Origin: Dehalococcoidia bacterium
Lineage (GTDB): Bacteria > Chloroflexota > Dehalococcoidia > Lucifugimonadales > UBA3495
Direction of reading: 5' to 3'
Length of the DNA stretch: 64,000 bases
Assembly (NCBI GenBank): GCA_965219925.1
Contig: OZ244795.1
Location: 1,031,395-1,095,394, forward strand
The notes beneath the pieces were generated by a model that had not been told where the DNA came from, ran no database searches, and worked only from the letters and a program-made list of their open reading frames with translations. Positions within the stretch are counted from its first letter, which is position 1; the number at the start of each line of letters is the position of its first letter. A program made the translations under genes and the position numbers. Shown here one piece after another: positions 54,098-61,375 of the stretch.

Positions 54098-55336
54098 CTA
54101 CGCCAGTTGGAACGCGGTTTGCTTATGGGTGTCCTGGTCCGTGAGCTTCACGTTGGTGAACATTGCCGCGGTCAGGCCAACCTTGCCCTCGCGCCGGCCG
54201 GTGTAGATGTCCCTGATCAGGGACATCCCGCGCCAGACCGGGGCCATCAGACGGGGCGGCATGCCGGAGCCTATCCGATAGGCGACGGCGTTCTGGTCGT
54301 CGGCGGACGCCGCCGGTACGTGGCTCGAAGCGCGGAACCGGTCGGCCGGCAGCATGGTGAAGCCGATGCCGATGTTGGCGATGGTCAGGGGCAGCGCGTG
54401 TTGATAGGTCTCGGTGCCCACCAGGAGCCTGACCTGAGTCCAGTCGTAGGCGTGGATGCCGTCCACCTGGCCAGAGAAGGCGGACAGGTACGTGATCAGG
54501 GTTGCCTCAGCCGTCGGCGCAGTCGGGTCGGTCAGCGCGGCCAGCAGGTCCACCACGACCTTCTTGTCGAAGGCGGTCTGCAGCACGCCGCGAATGTCGG
54601 TCTGCAGGGCCGGCTCCAGGCCCGCCACCCGGAAGGCGCTCTCCTGCCCCCACTCGTAGGAGGCGGTGAGACGCTGCGGGTCGGCGGTGACGATGGTGAT
54701 CGTCGCGGCCTCGGCCGCCTTTTCCACGCCTTCGCCGGGCCCGGTGGCGACGGCGCCGGCGGTGATCATCGGGTACGAGTGCTGACCGGGGGGCACCGTG
54801 GGCATGCGGGCGCCCAGGTACACCGAATCCGAGCGTGCAAACACCCGGCTGCCGATGGTGTCCTGCATGACGTTGGTGCCGGTGGCGGCCACGGTGTCAA
54901 CCCGCGCTTCCAACCGCTCATCGCGGTTCAGCAGGAACTCCATGGGCACGCTGCCGGGCTCCATCACGTCGCCGAAGATGTGTTCGCGGTACTCCTTCGA
55001 CGCGCCCTCGAGTTCGCGTTCGGAGGCGGCGGCCGCCACGTAGTCGCCGAGGCTGGCCCGCTGGCCCAGGTCCCGCAGCTCCCGCTGCTCCTGCGTCCAG
55101 CCCCTGGTATCGACCTGGTTGGCCACGTTGGCCTGCCCCTGGCGGTCTTCCTCGGCCTGTTCCTCCGCGTAGCGGGCGTCGATGGCCTGCAACTCGGTGA
55201 GCATGGCGCGGCGTTCATTCACCGCCGTCTCATACCCGTCCTCGTCGCCCCGCATTTCGATCAGGGCAAGCTGTTGGGCGTCGACCCGCTGCTGCAGCGC
55301 ACAGCGCTCACGCCAGGTGTTTTGGCTCTTCAGCAC
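54098..55336 (-). CDS. HK97-type major capsid protein with N-terminal coiled-coil delta-like domain
   Basis: 412 aa. GTG start after GGAGGAA. Capsid-like blocks RLTASYEWGQESAFRVAGLE ... MFTNVKL. Confidence 0.8.
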   Translation of the reverse strand: MLKSQNTWRERCALQQRVDAQQLALIEMRGDEDGYETAVNERRAMLTELQAIDARYAEEQAEEDRQGQANVANQVDTRGWTQEQRELRDLGQRASLGDYVAAAASERELEGASKEYREHIFGDVMEPGSVPMEFLLNRDERLEARVDTVAATGTNVMQDTIGSRVFARSDSVYLGARMPTVPPGQHSYPMITAGAVATGPGEGVEKAAEAATITIVTADPQRLTASYEWGQESAFRVAGLEPALQTDIRGVLQTAFDKKVVVDLLAALTDPTAPTAEATLITYLSAFSGQVDGIHAYDWTQVRLLVGTETYQHALPLTIANIGIGFTMLPADRFRASSHVPAASADDQNAVAYRIGSGMPPRLMAPVWRGMSLIRDIYTGRREGKVGLTAAMFTNVKLTDQDTHKQTAFQLA

Positions 55337-55447
55337 GGTTCCTCCGCGCTCCCGCCGGGCACACGAGCACTCTCAGGTCGCGCGGTGCGGGCAGGCAGCT
55401 GTTCACTTGTGTCGGGCAATTTTCGTTCCATTGCCTCCGACCCAAAC

Positions 55448-55490
55448 GAAAAGCCTCTGACCGCACAATCGCTCGGGTCAGAGGCTTTTG
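55448..55490 (-). terminator. bidirectional rho-independent terminator-like hairpin
   Basis: AAAAGCCTCTGACC-13 nt-GGTCAGAGGCTTTT, 14-bp stem, T-run on the minus strand. Confidence 0.6.
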
Positions 55491-55530
55491 CGTTGAACAG
55501 CGGATGGTGGCTGTTCAGCCAGACTGGGTC

Positions 55531-55568
55531 ACAAAAATCCGGCTAGACCGTTGTGATCCAGCCGGATT
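55531..55568 (-). terminator. rho-independent terminator-like hairpin
   Basis: AATCCGGCT-15 nt-AGCCGGATT followed by TTTTT on the minus strand, downstream of the 55616..55831 gene. Confidence 0.55.
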
Positions 55569-55615
55569 GCAATTTCAGATTATCACATTTTGTCGGAGTG
55601 TCAACGCACCGGCCG

Positions 55616-55831
55616 TCACCGCGGCCCTACGATCCCCGAGAGGCTATTCTTAAGAACGCGCTGCAACCGCTGCATCGGCGACAGCGCCAGCGAGACCTCA
55701 TGCTCCCACGGCGGATGCCCGTCCATTGCCCAGATGGTCAGCACCACCCGGGTGGCGTCGGACCCCGCGGGATGGCGTGTGCAATCCATGGCATATCCGG
55801 CGGGGATGCTTATTTTGAGTGCTTCGCCCAT
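55616..55831 (-). CDS. 71-aa hypothetical protein
   Basis: From MGEALKISIPAGYAMDC. AAGGGAG RBS. Second gene of a two-gene unit ending at tandem terminators. Confidence 0.4.
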   Translation of the reverse strand: MGEALKISIPAGYAMDCTRHPAGSDATRVVLTIWAMDGHPPWEHEVSLALSPMQRLQRVLKNSLSGIVGPR

Positions 55832-55842
55832 TGGCGGCTCCC

Positions 55843-56067
55843 TTATTGGTGAGACGCTTCCAATGCTGCACGAATAGAGGCCTGCAATGAATCCTCCAGC
55901 CCAGCCACCCGGAAGGCGCTCTCCTGTCCCCATACGTAGGAGGCGGTGAGACGCGGCGGGCGCCGGAGCTCAACGCCGCAGATCCAACACTCCAGACCGA
56001 GTGCATCAGCCGGTATGTCGGAATACCCGATGTATCCGCAAGGGCAGCGGTTAGGGTTAGTGGGCAT
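55843..56067 (-). CDS. 74-aa protein: N-terminal zinc-ribbon-like motif fused to a capsid-gene-derived segment
   Basis: AAGGAGG RBS 7 nt before the ATG. CPCGY...CWIC, then RLTASYVWGQESAFRVAGLEDSLQASIRAAL, homologous to MCP residues RLTASYEWGQESAFRVAGLEPALQTDIRGVL. Confidence 0.5.
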   Translation of the reverse strand: MPTNPNRCPCGYIGYSDIPADALGLECWICGVELRRPPRLTASYVWGQESAFRVAGLEDSLQASIRAALEASHQ

Positions 56068-56083
56068 TTGGTAGCCTCCTTTG

Positions 56084-56115
56084 CAATGGGGCCACGGCCT
56101 TGCGGCCGTGGATAG
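56084..56115 (-). promoter_or_regulatory. 32-bp hairpin repeat copy 1 (GNRA-type loop on minus strand)
   Basis: CAATGGGGCCACGGCC-TTGC-GGCCGTGGATAG. The minus-strand stem is CCACGGCC-GCAA-GGCCGTGG. Abuts the RBS of the 55843..56067 gene. Confidence 0.5.
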
Positions 56116-56155
56116 CGGCGTAATGGTGGCCAGGGCAAAGGCGTCTGAGATTCTT

Positions 56156-56187
56156 CAATGGGGCCACGGCCTTGCGGCCGTGGATAG
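56156..56187 (-). promoter_or_regulatory. 32-bp hairpin repeat copy 2
   Basis: Identical to 56084-56115, 72 bp away. Confidence 0.5.
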
Positions 56188-56297
56188 GGCGTAAACGTCC
56201 TGGGCACGCAGCTTGAAGTCTACTCTTCAAATGAGTTTCAGGGCAAACCATTCCTGTCCGGAGGCGATTCGCGAAAACATCCCTTGCCCCTTGACCA

Positions 56298-56741
56298 TCA
56301 TCTCAGGGTCAGATTGCAGTCCGTGGCGATGGCCCGAAGGCCGACGTCAGACAGGGGATATGAACCGAGCATCAAGTTCAGGTTTTGCACATGATTATGG
56401 ATATCGCTCTCACTAGTTTGCTCGTTATACGAACGGGCTTGCACCGACTGGAGCATTGAGCAGTCCCAGGTGATGACGCCCGGCTGAACGTGCAGTTGGG
56501 ACAACTGGTCGACCCGGCCGGCCAGCGTGGTCAGTTGGGTTTCGGTACTGACTACCCTTTGGGTGAGTTGCTCGAGAGGCGTGGGCGTCGCCGCGGGCGT
56601 CCCATCTTGCGCCGACGAAGCCGCTGGCCACAGCGCGACGGTGGCGACAGCCACGGTCACGGCGATGCCGGCAACGCCGGCGATTGCAACGCCCTTCCAT
56701 CGGCGCCACCAAGGGGTACGTTGGGTTGATTGTTCAGACAA
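56298..56741 (-). CDS. membrane-anchored hypothetical prophage protein
   Basis: TTG start after GGAGGAAG. TM GVAIAGVAGIAVTVAVATVALW, then coiled segment and Cys pair. Confidence 0.4.
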   Translation of the reverse strand: MSEQSTQRTPWWRRWKGVAIAGVAGIAVTVAVATVALWPAASSAQDGTPAATPTPLEQLTQRVVSTETQLTTLAGRVDQLSQLHVQPGVITWDCSMLQSVQARSYNEQTSESDIHNHVQNLNLMLGSYPLSDVGLRAIATDCNLTLR

Positions 56742-56944
56742 TGTAACTTCCTCCGCGCAAAGTGTTGAGTTTCGCTGTCTAGGCCCGCTTCCCGTGAAAC
56801 CACCCAGGCCCCTTTCAACCCCGCAAATCGCGTCTCCGAGGCTCATTTGCGGCCTGACGGCGGCGATCCGCCCGGATCGGGCAGGTTTCAAAAACTTTGG
56901 GCCGTCACAAAAAGTCGTCTTATAAAAGGCATGGGTTTTCGGGC

Positions 56945-56958
56945 GTTTTGAGTAGGGA
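56945..56958 (+). promoter_or_regulatory. 14-mer GTTTTGAGTAGGGA upstream of the Xer-like integrase gene
   Basis: Identical to 30484-30497. Confidence 0.4.
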
Positions 56959-57082
56959 TTGAGATTACATAATTACCATTATGGAAACCAACCCCTGTCG
57001 TTTCACTGTTATCGCCAGCCTCGTGGCCCGCGAAAAAATGGTAGCATTTGCGCCACGATACCACACCCGTCAAGCGTAATTT

Positions 57083-58015
57083 ATGACCGATCCCAGTCTC
57101 ATCGAACGTTACCGCTTCTACCTGGCCAATGCCCGACGCTTGGCGGATAACACCGTCCAGGCCTACGCCGGCGACGTGGGCCGGTTCCTGGCCTGGATGG
57201 AAGCCACCGGCGCCGCCGTGGACGACATGGGGCCCCTGCTCCTGGGAAACTACGTCTATCACCTCAGCAAGGCAGGCAAACGACGCTCCACTCTCAAGCG
57301 CAACGTCGCCGCGGTCCGCAGTTTCTACTACTTCTTGGCGTCGGTCGACGGTCGGTTCCGGAAGTCGCCGGTGCCTGATGCCCGCGATTACCCGATGAAC
57401 ATGGAGGATCGGAAACCCCGGTGGATCGGCCCAGCCGAAGCCACGCGCCTGATGGACGCCGCCGATGACGCCACCCCGTGCGGCCTTCGCGATCGCGCCC
57501 TCCTGGAGATGATGTACGCGTCCGGCGTGCGGTTGGCCGAAGCCCACGGCATGGACCTCGCCCACGTTGCCCGGTTGAACAGCAAAGTCCTGGTGCACGG
57601 CAAGGGCGGCAAGAAACGGGAAGTGCTCTACGGCGCCGACGCGGACCGCGCCCTGCGCCGCTACCTCGCGCATGGCCGACCGGCGCTCCTGGTCGATCCC
57701 AGGCAACCGGCGCTCTGGCTCAACCGCTACGGCGGCCGGCTGTCCCGCCAGTCGATCACCGCCGTCGTTAGGTGTTACGCCGATAAGGCCGGCCTGAGCT
57801 CCCGCGTCCACCCCCACGTCATTCGCCATTCTTTCGCCACGGCCATGCTCGAGGGCGGCGCGGACCTCAGGGTTATCCAGCATCTGATGGGGCACAGCAG
57901 CGTGGCCACCACACAGATCTACGCCCACGTCACCAAGAAAGAGGCGCGGCAGGCCTACCTGGAACATCACCCGATGGCCAGACCACCGGCGCCCAGGCTG
58001 GTAATCAGGGCCTGA
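57083..58015 (+). CDS. XerC/XerD-like tyrosine recombinase, probable prophage integrase
   Basis: 310 aa. N-terminal SAM-like core-binding domain (NTVQAYAGDVGRFLAWM), RDRALLEMMYASGVRLAE, HVIRHSFAT, LMGHSSVATTQIYAHV. 312 bp from attR. Confidence 0.85.
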   Translation: MTDPSLIERYRFYLANARRLADNTVQAYAGDVGRFLAWMEATGAAVDDMGPLLLGNYVYHLSKAGKRRSTLKRNVAAVRSFYYFLASVDGRFRKSPVPDARDYPMNMEDRKPRWIGPAEATRLMDAADDATPCGLRDRALLEMMYASGVRLAEAHGMDLAHVARLNSKVLVHGKGGKKREVLYGADADRALRRYLAHGRPALLVDPRQPALWLNRYGGRLSRQSITAVVRCYADKAGLSSRVHPHVIRHSFATAMLEGGADLRVIQHLMGHSSVATTQIYAHVTKKEARQAYLEHHPMARPPAPRLVIRA

Positions 58016-58026
58016 ACGGCATCCAC

Positions 58027-58239
58027 CGAACTGTCGCCGGTTCGTGCTCAAATAAGCACGGATCCTATTACAACCCCCTAAGGGCCCTTCGCCAGCCAAC
58101 GGGGTGTCGCTTAAACGCCCGATTCAGGGCGTTTTGAGTTGCAGCGAACTGTCGCCCTCGTCGAAACCGCGGACGCTATTGAGACTGTGCGGGGCCCGTG
58201 CTCAGACCGCCGCAAAATCGGTGCCAACGAAGTGTCGCC
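58027..58239 (+). promoter_or_regulatory. three direct copies of CGAA(C/G)TGTCGCC (possible arm-type recombinase sites)
   Basis: 58027-58038, 58145-58156 and 58228-58239, between the int stop and attR. Confidence 0.35.
58113..58140 (+). terminator. terminator-like hairpin after int
   Basis: AAACGCCC-GATTCA-GGGCGTTT followed by TGAGTT. Confidence 0.45.
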
Positions 58240-58325
58240 GTTTCCCGAACGAATATAGTACCCGTCCCCCTTTATCGCGGCGTCTCAATAGGGGTTTTGG
58301 GGCCGTGCCGGCAGTGAACCCAATA

Positions 58326-58371
58326 TCGACACGCAAGAGGTCAGTGGTTCGAGTCCACTACCGCCCACCAT
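58326..58371 (+). repeat. attR core: displaced 3' fragment of tRNA-Val (not a functional tRNA)
   Basis: 46 bp identical to 25800-25845. No 5' half upstream. Confidence 0.9.
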
Positions 58372-58736
58372 CGACCATAGTCCAGGTCGACGCCCCCGGG
58401 AGAATCCGGGCCACCTGCCCCAATGCCCGCCGCAGAGCCCCGGCACCGCTCCGGCGGAAATTGCCGCCCCTAATCGTCACCGCGCCTGTGCCAACGGGCT
58501 GATCCCGTCCGGTCGTTTGGTGCGCCCGTCCGGCCCGCCAGGGTCCGACCTACCGCGACCATCCGGCTCAACGCGGAGCATTGTTCAAGCCCTGAATCCG
58601 CACCCCAATGGCACAACCCCCCGACAGGTTGACGTGGCTCCGTAGATTTGAGTATTCTTGCGCCTACAGGAATATCCATTTTCGATACCGTTCCGGGCGC
58701 CACAAGGTCGGGAACTTGTTACAATGAGGGAGATTT

Positions 58737-59147
58737 ATGGTAAAGCAGGGTGTGGTAGCCGACGATCTTACGAAACCCTTTTTTGATGCCGCCAACGAAG
58801 AGCGACTATGCCTCCAGAACTGTAGCGCCTGCGGCCGGCTGCAGCACCCGCCCGCTCCGGTTTGCGCCCAATGCCGCTCCGCCGACAACCTGGAGTGGAA
58901 AGAAGTGAACGGGCGCGGCACCATCTATAACTACGGAGTAGTTTACGACTGCCCGGTTGGATCGCTCAAAGAGGACCTGCCTTTCAACCTCGCCGTAGTC
59001 ATGCTGGAAGAAGACCCCGGCATCCAGTTCTACTCCCACCTTCCTGGAACGCCGGTGGACGACGTACCCGTCGGTGCCACTGTTCAGGTGGTGTTCGAGG
59101 CAACCGCAAACGGCCAGAAAGTACCCGAGTGGCAAGTCATTGGCTAA
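58737..59147 (+). CDS. Zn-ribbon/OB-fold DUF35-family protein
   Basis: CSACGRLQHPPAPVCAQCRS followed by an OB-fold-like C-terminus. Partner of a thiolase-like gene. Confidence 0.75.
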   Translation: MVKQGVVADDLTKPFFDAANEERLCLQNCSACGRLQHPPAPVCAQCRSADNLEWKEVNGRGTIYNYGVVYDCPVGSLKEDLPFNLAVVMLEEDPGIQFYSHLPGTPVDDVPVGATVQVVFEATANGQKVPEWQVIG

Positions 59148-59195
59148 CCACCACGATATTTGCACACGCTAAGCCTTCGCAACTAGGAGTTAACC

Positions 59196-60527
59196 ATGAC
59201 CACACAGATGGCTCCAGAATCCATGTACCGGTCCAGAGAGGGCATGGGAATTTGGGAACACCGCGGCAAGGTCGCGGCCGTCGGTATCGGCCACTCTCCC
59301 ACCGCACGCCGCTGGGACGGACGCCCCGAAACTTCGGTGGGCGCCAACAGCATCCTCGCCCTTCGCAAGGCCATCGACGACGCCGGCGTCTCTCCCGACC
59401 AGGTCGACGGCCTCGTTCTGGTCCCGGTTACCACCACCGGCGCACATTGGCCGTCGGACACTCCCGTACCAATGGATGTGGTAAACGCCTTCAATCCCAC
59501 CGACGACCCGTTGGACGGTATCGGCCAACTCAGCGCCGAGTGGATCCTCAAAAACATGCCCGAGCTCACCAACGTCAAGTTCACCATGTACGCGCCGGGC
59601 TGCATGTCCGCCGCCTGCGTGGTTGCCGCTCAGGCCGTTGGCGATGGCCTCACCAGCACCTGCCTGGTGCTCAAAGGCTGGCATAACCTGGAAGGCCGCT
59701 ATAACCACGGCGGCATCAGCGCCGCCGCCGAGGTTCCCGGATCCTTCGCTATCAGCCCGGGCCGCACGCTTTGGGGCGCCCCCGGATGTTACGGCACCGC
59801 GTTGCAGTTCGCCGAGTACTGCCGTAAATACGGCAAGCACCACGACATGATGGCTCCATTCATGCAGAACTCCCGGCGCAACGGCCTGCTGTTCCCCGAG
59901 GGATACTGGGCACAGCACCGTCCCGAGCAACTGCTCCCCGAAGACTACCTGGCCTCGCGCTGGATCGCCAAGCCGGCCAACCTCTTCGATAACGACATCC
60001 CGATCATGACGTCCGCGGCCTACCTCTTCACCACCGCCGACCGGGCCCAGGACATGCAGCAAAAGCCGGTTTACATCCTCAACCATGCCTCCAGCCGCGG
60101 CGCCCCCCGAAGTCTCACCCCCACGCTGGAAGAGATACAGGCCGAAACTGGCAGCACCGGACGGAAGATCTATGAGGGCGCCGGCATCACCGCTGACAAC
60201 CTCTCCTTTGAGAACATGTACGACGGTTTCGCCCAGTTCCACCAGTTCCATATCGAGGGTCTGGGCTACCGGGGCATGAAGTTTGGGGACGCCCTGGACT
60301 TCTACCAGACCGACATCAGCATCGAAGGGCCAAACCCCATCCTCCCCAGTGGCGGCAACATTGGCAGCGGCCGCAGCCGTTTCTGGATGCACACCGATTG
60401 CATCCAGCAGATTCAGGGCCGCGCCGGCGCCCGCGCGCTCACCGGCGTAAAGCCCGAGATTGGCGTCTCCGGCGGCCCCATGCCCATGGGCGGCAACTAT
60501 ACCGTGTGGAGCGTTTCCCCTGACTAG
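59196..60527 (+). CDS. thiolase-like / SCP-x-type lipid-transfer protein
   Basis: 443 aa. Thiolase-fold layout. Typical pairing with a DUF35 gene. Confidence 0.65.
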   Translation: MTTQMAPESMYRSREGMGIWEHRGKVAAVGIGHSPTARRWDGRPETSVGANSILALRKAIDDAGVSPDQVDGLVLVPVTTTGAHWPSDTPVPMDVVNAFNPTDDPLDGIGQLSAEWILKNMPELTNVKFTMYAPGCMSAACVVAAQAVGDGLTSTCLVLKGWHNLEGRYNHGGISAAAEVPGSFAISPGRTLWGAPGCYGTALQFAEYCRKYGKHHDMMAPFMQNSRRNGLLFPEGYWAQHRPEQLLPEDYLASRWIAKPANLFDNDIPIMTSAAYLFTTADRAQDMQQKPVYILNHASSRGAPRSLTPTLEEIQAETGSTGRKIYEGAGITADNLSFENMYDGFAQFHQFHIEGLGYRGMKFGDALDFYQTDISIEGPNPILPSGGNIGSGRSRFWMHTDCIQQIQGRAGARALTGVKPEIGVSGGPMPMGGNYTVWSVSPD

Positions 60528-60666
60528 ACCCGACACTTCTCCACACCCCAGCATCAAACTGAATTTAGATGAGAGCCCGGGCCGGCCATCCTGGTCACCG
60601 GGCCTCATTCGGGAAACGGCGCCCAACCCTGGCGTACACACCATCAACTTCAAGTGAGGAATCAAT

Positions 60667-61044
60667 TTGGCGATACTGATCAGTTTTGACATCGACGGCA
60701 CTCTGGAGGTGGGAGACCCGCCGGGCGTTTTGACCATGGATATGGTCAGAATGGTTCAGGAAAAGGGATTCCTTATTGGCAGTTGCTCCGACCGGCCAAT
60801 GAGCGGCCAGCAGGCTATCTGGGACCAGCACAACATCCCCGTACATTTCGTCGTCCCAAAACACCGGCTCCCGGAAGTGAAAGCGAAATTCGAAGCGGAC
60901 GTTTACTACCACATCGGCGACCGGGAAGACCTGGACAAAAAGTACGCGCTGGAAGCGGGATTCGAGTTCCTGTGGCCCGACGAAGCCGCCGAAATGCCGT
61001 GGTTCCTCTCCGATACCGGCCCCGGAGACCCTTCCCCAGTCTAA
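60667..61044 (+). CDS. HAD-superfamily hydrolase-like protein
   Basis: ISFDIDGTL motif I. TTG start in the ORF track. Confidence 0.55.
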   Translation: MAILISFDIDGTLEVGDPPGVLTMDMVRMVQEKGFLIGSCSDRPMSGQQAIWDQHNIPVHFVVPKHRLPEVKAKFEADVYYHIGDREDLDKKYALEAGFEFLWPDEAAEMPWFLSDTGPGDPSPV

Positions 61045-61063
61045 TCCTCCCGCCCCCCTCCCC

Positions 61064-61285
61064 GCTCGTCCTGAGCCGGTCGAAGGACCCCCTGTCATTG
61101 CGAGGACCTTCCGCTCATCCCGAGCTTGTCGAGGGACGTGGCAATCCCGTCCGAACCCCCTCTCCCTTGATGGGAGAGGGTTGGGTGAGGGTGAACCCCC
61201 CGCCTCCCCGCTCATGGTGAGCCTGTCGAAGCATCATCGCGCCACCGCATCGAGATTGCCACGTCGCTGCGCTCCTCGCAATGAC
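61064..61285. repeat. intergenic repeat cluster: C (61064-61087), B-left fragment (61094-61105), C (61113-61136), A (61158-61194), C (61210-61233), B right half (61248-61285)
   Basis: Same three families as at 20846-21064 and 22398-22644. Confidence 0.85.
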
Positions 61286-61375
61286 AAGCCTCCACCCACC
61301 GCACTGTTTACATCCGATTCCAGTCAACGGTCGTACACGGTTTGTACGAATATGACCGCCGGATGAGGACGCACA

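Larger units (their letters stand above)
25800..58371. mobile_element. integrated temperate siphovirus-like prophage (~32.6 kb)
   Basis: Bounded by the 46-bp direct repeat derived from the tRNA-Val 3' end. Contains recombinases, an excisionase-like HTH, TerL, portal, HK97-type capsid, protease, tape measure and tail genes. Confidence 0.85.

Noticed and set aside
53507-55546. 679-aa plus-strand ORF
   Set aside because: Shadow ORF opposite the capsid and protease genes.
56084-56187. Mini-CRISPR or attachment-site interpretation of the two 32-bp hairpin repeats
   Set aside because: There are only two copies and no cas genes. Their position in a 5' leader next to an RBS fits a regulatory RNA or operator better.
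56888-58099. 403-aa minus-strand ORF
   Set aside because: Shadow ORF opposite the Xer-like integrase, which has all the catalytic motifs.
58326-58371. Second tRNA gene
   Set aside because: Only the 3' 46 nt are present, and the upstream sequence cannot form acceptor, D or anticodon stems. This is the attR remnant.
59190-60737. 515-aa minus-strand ORF
   Set aside because: Shadow ORF opposite the thiolase-like gene.
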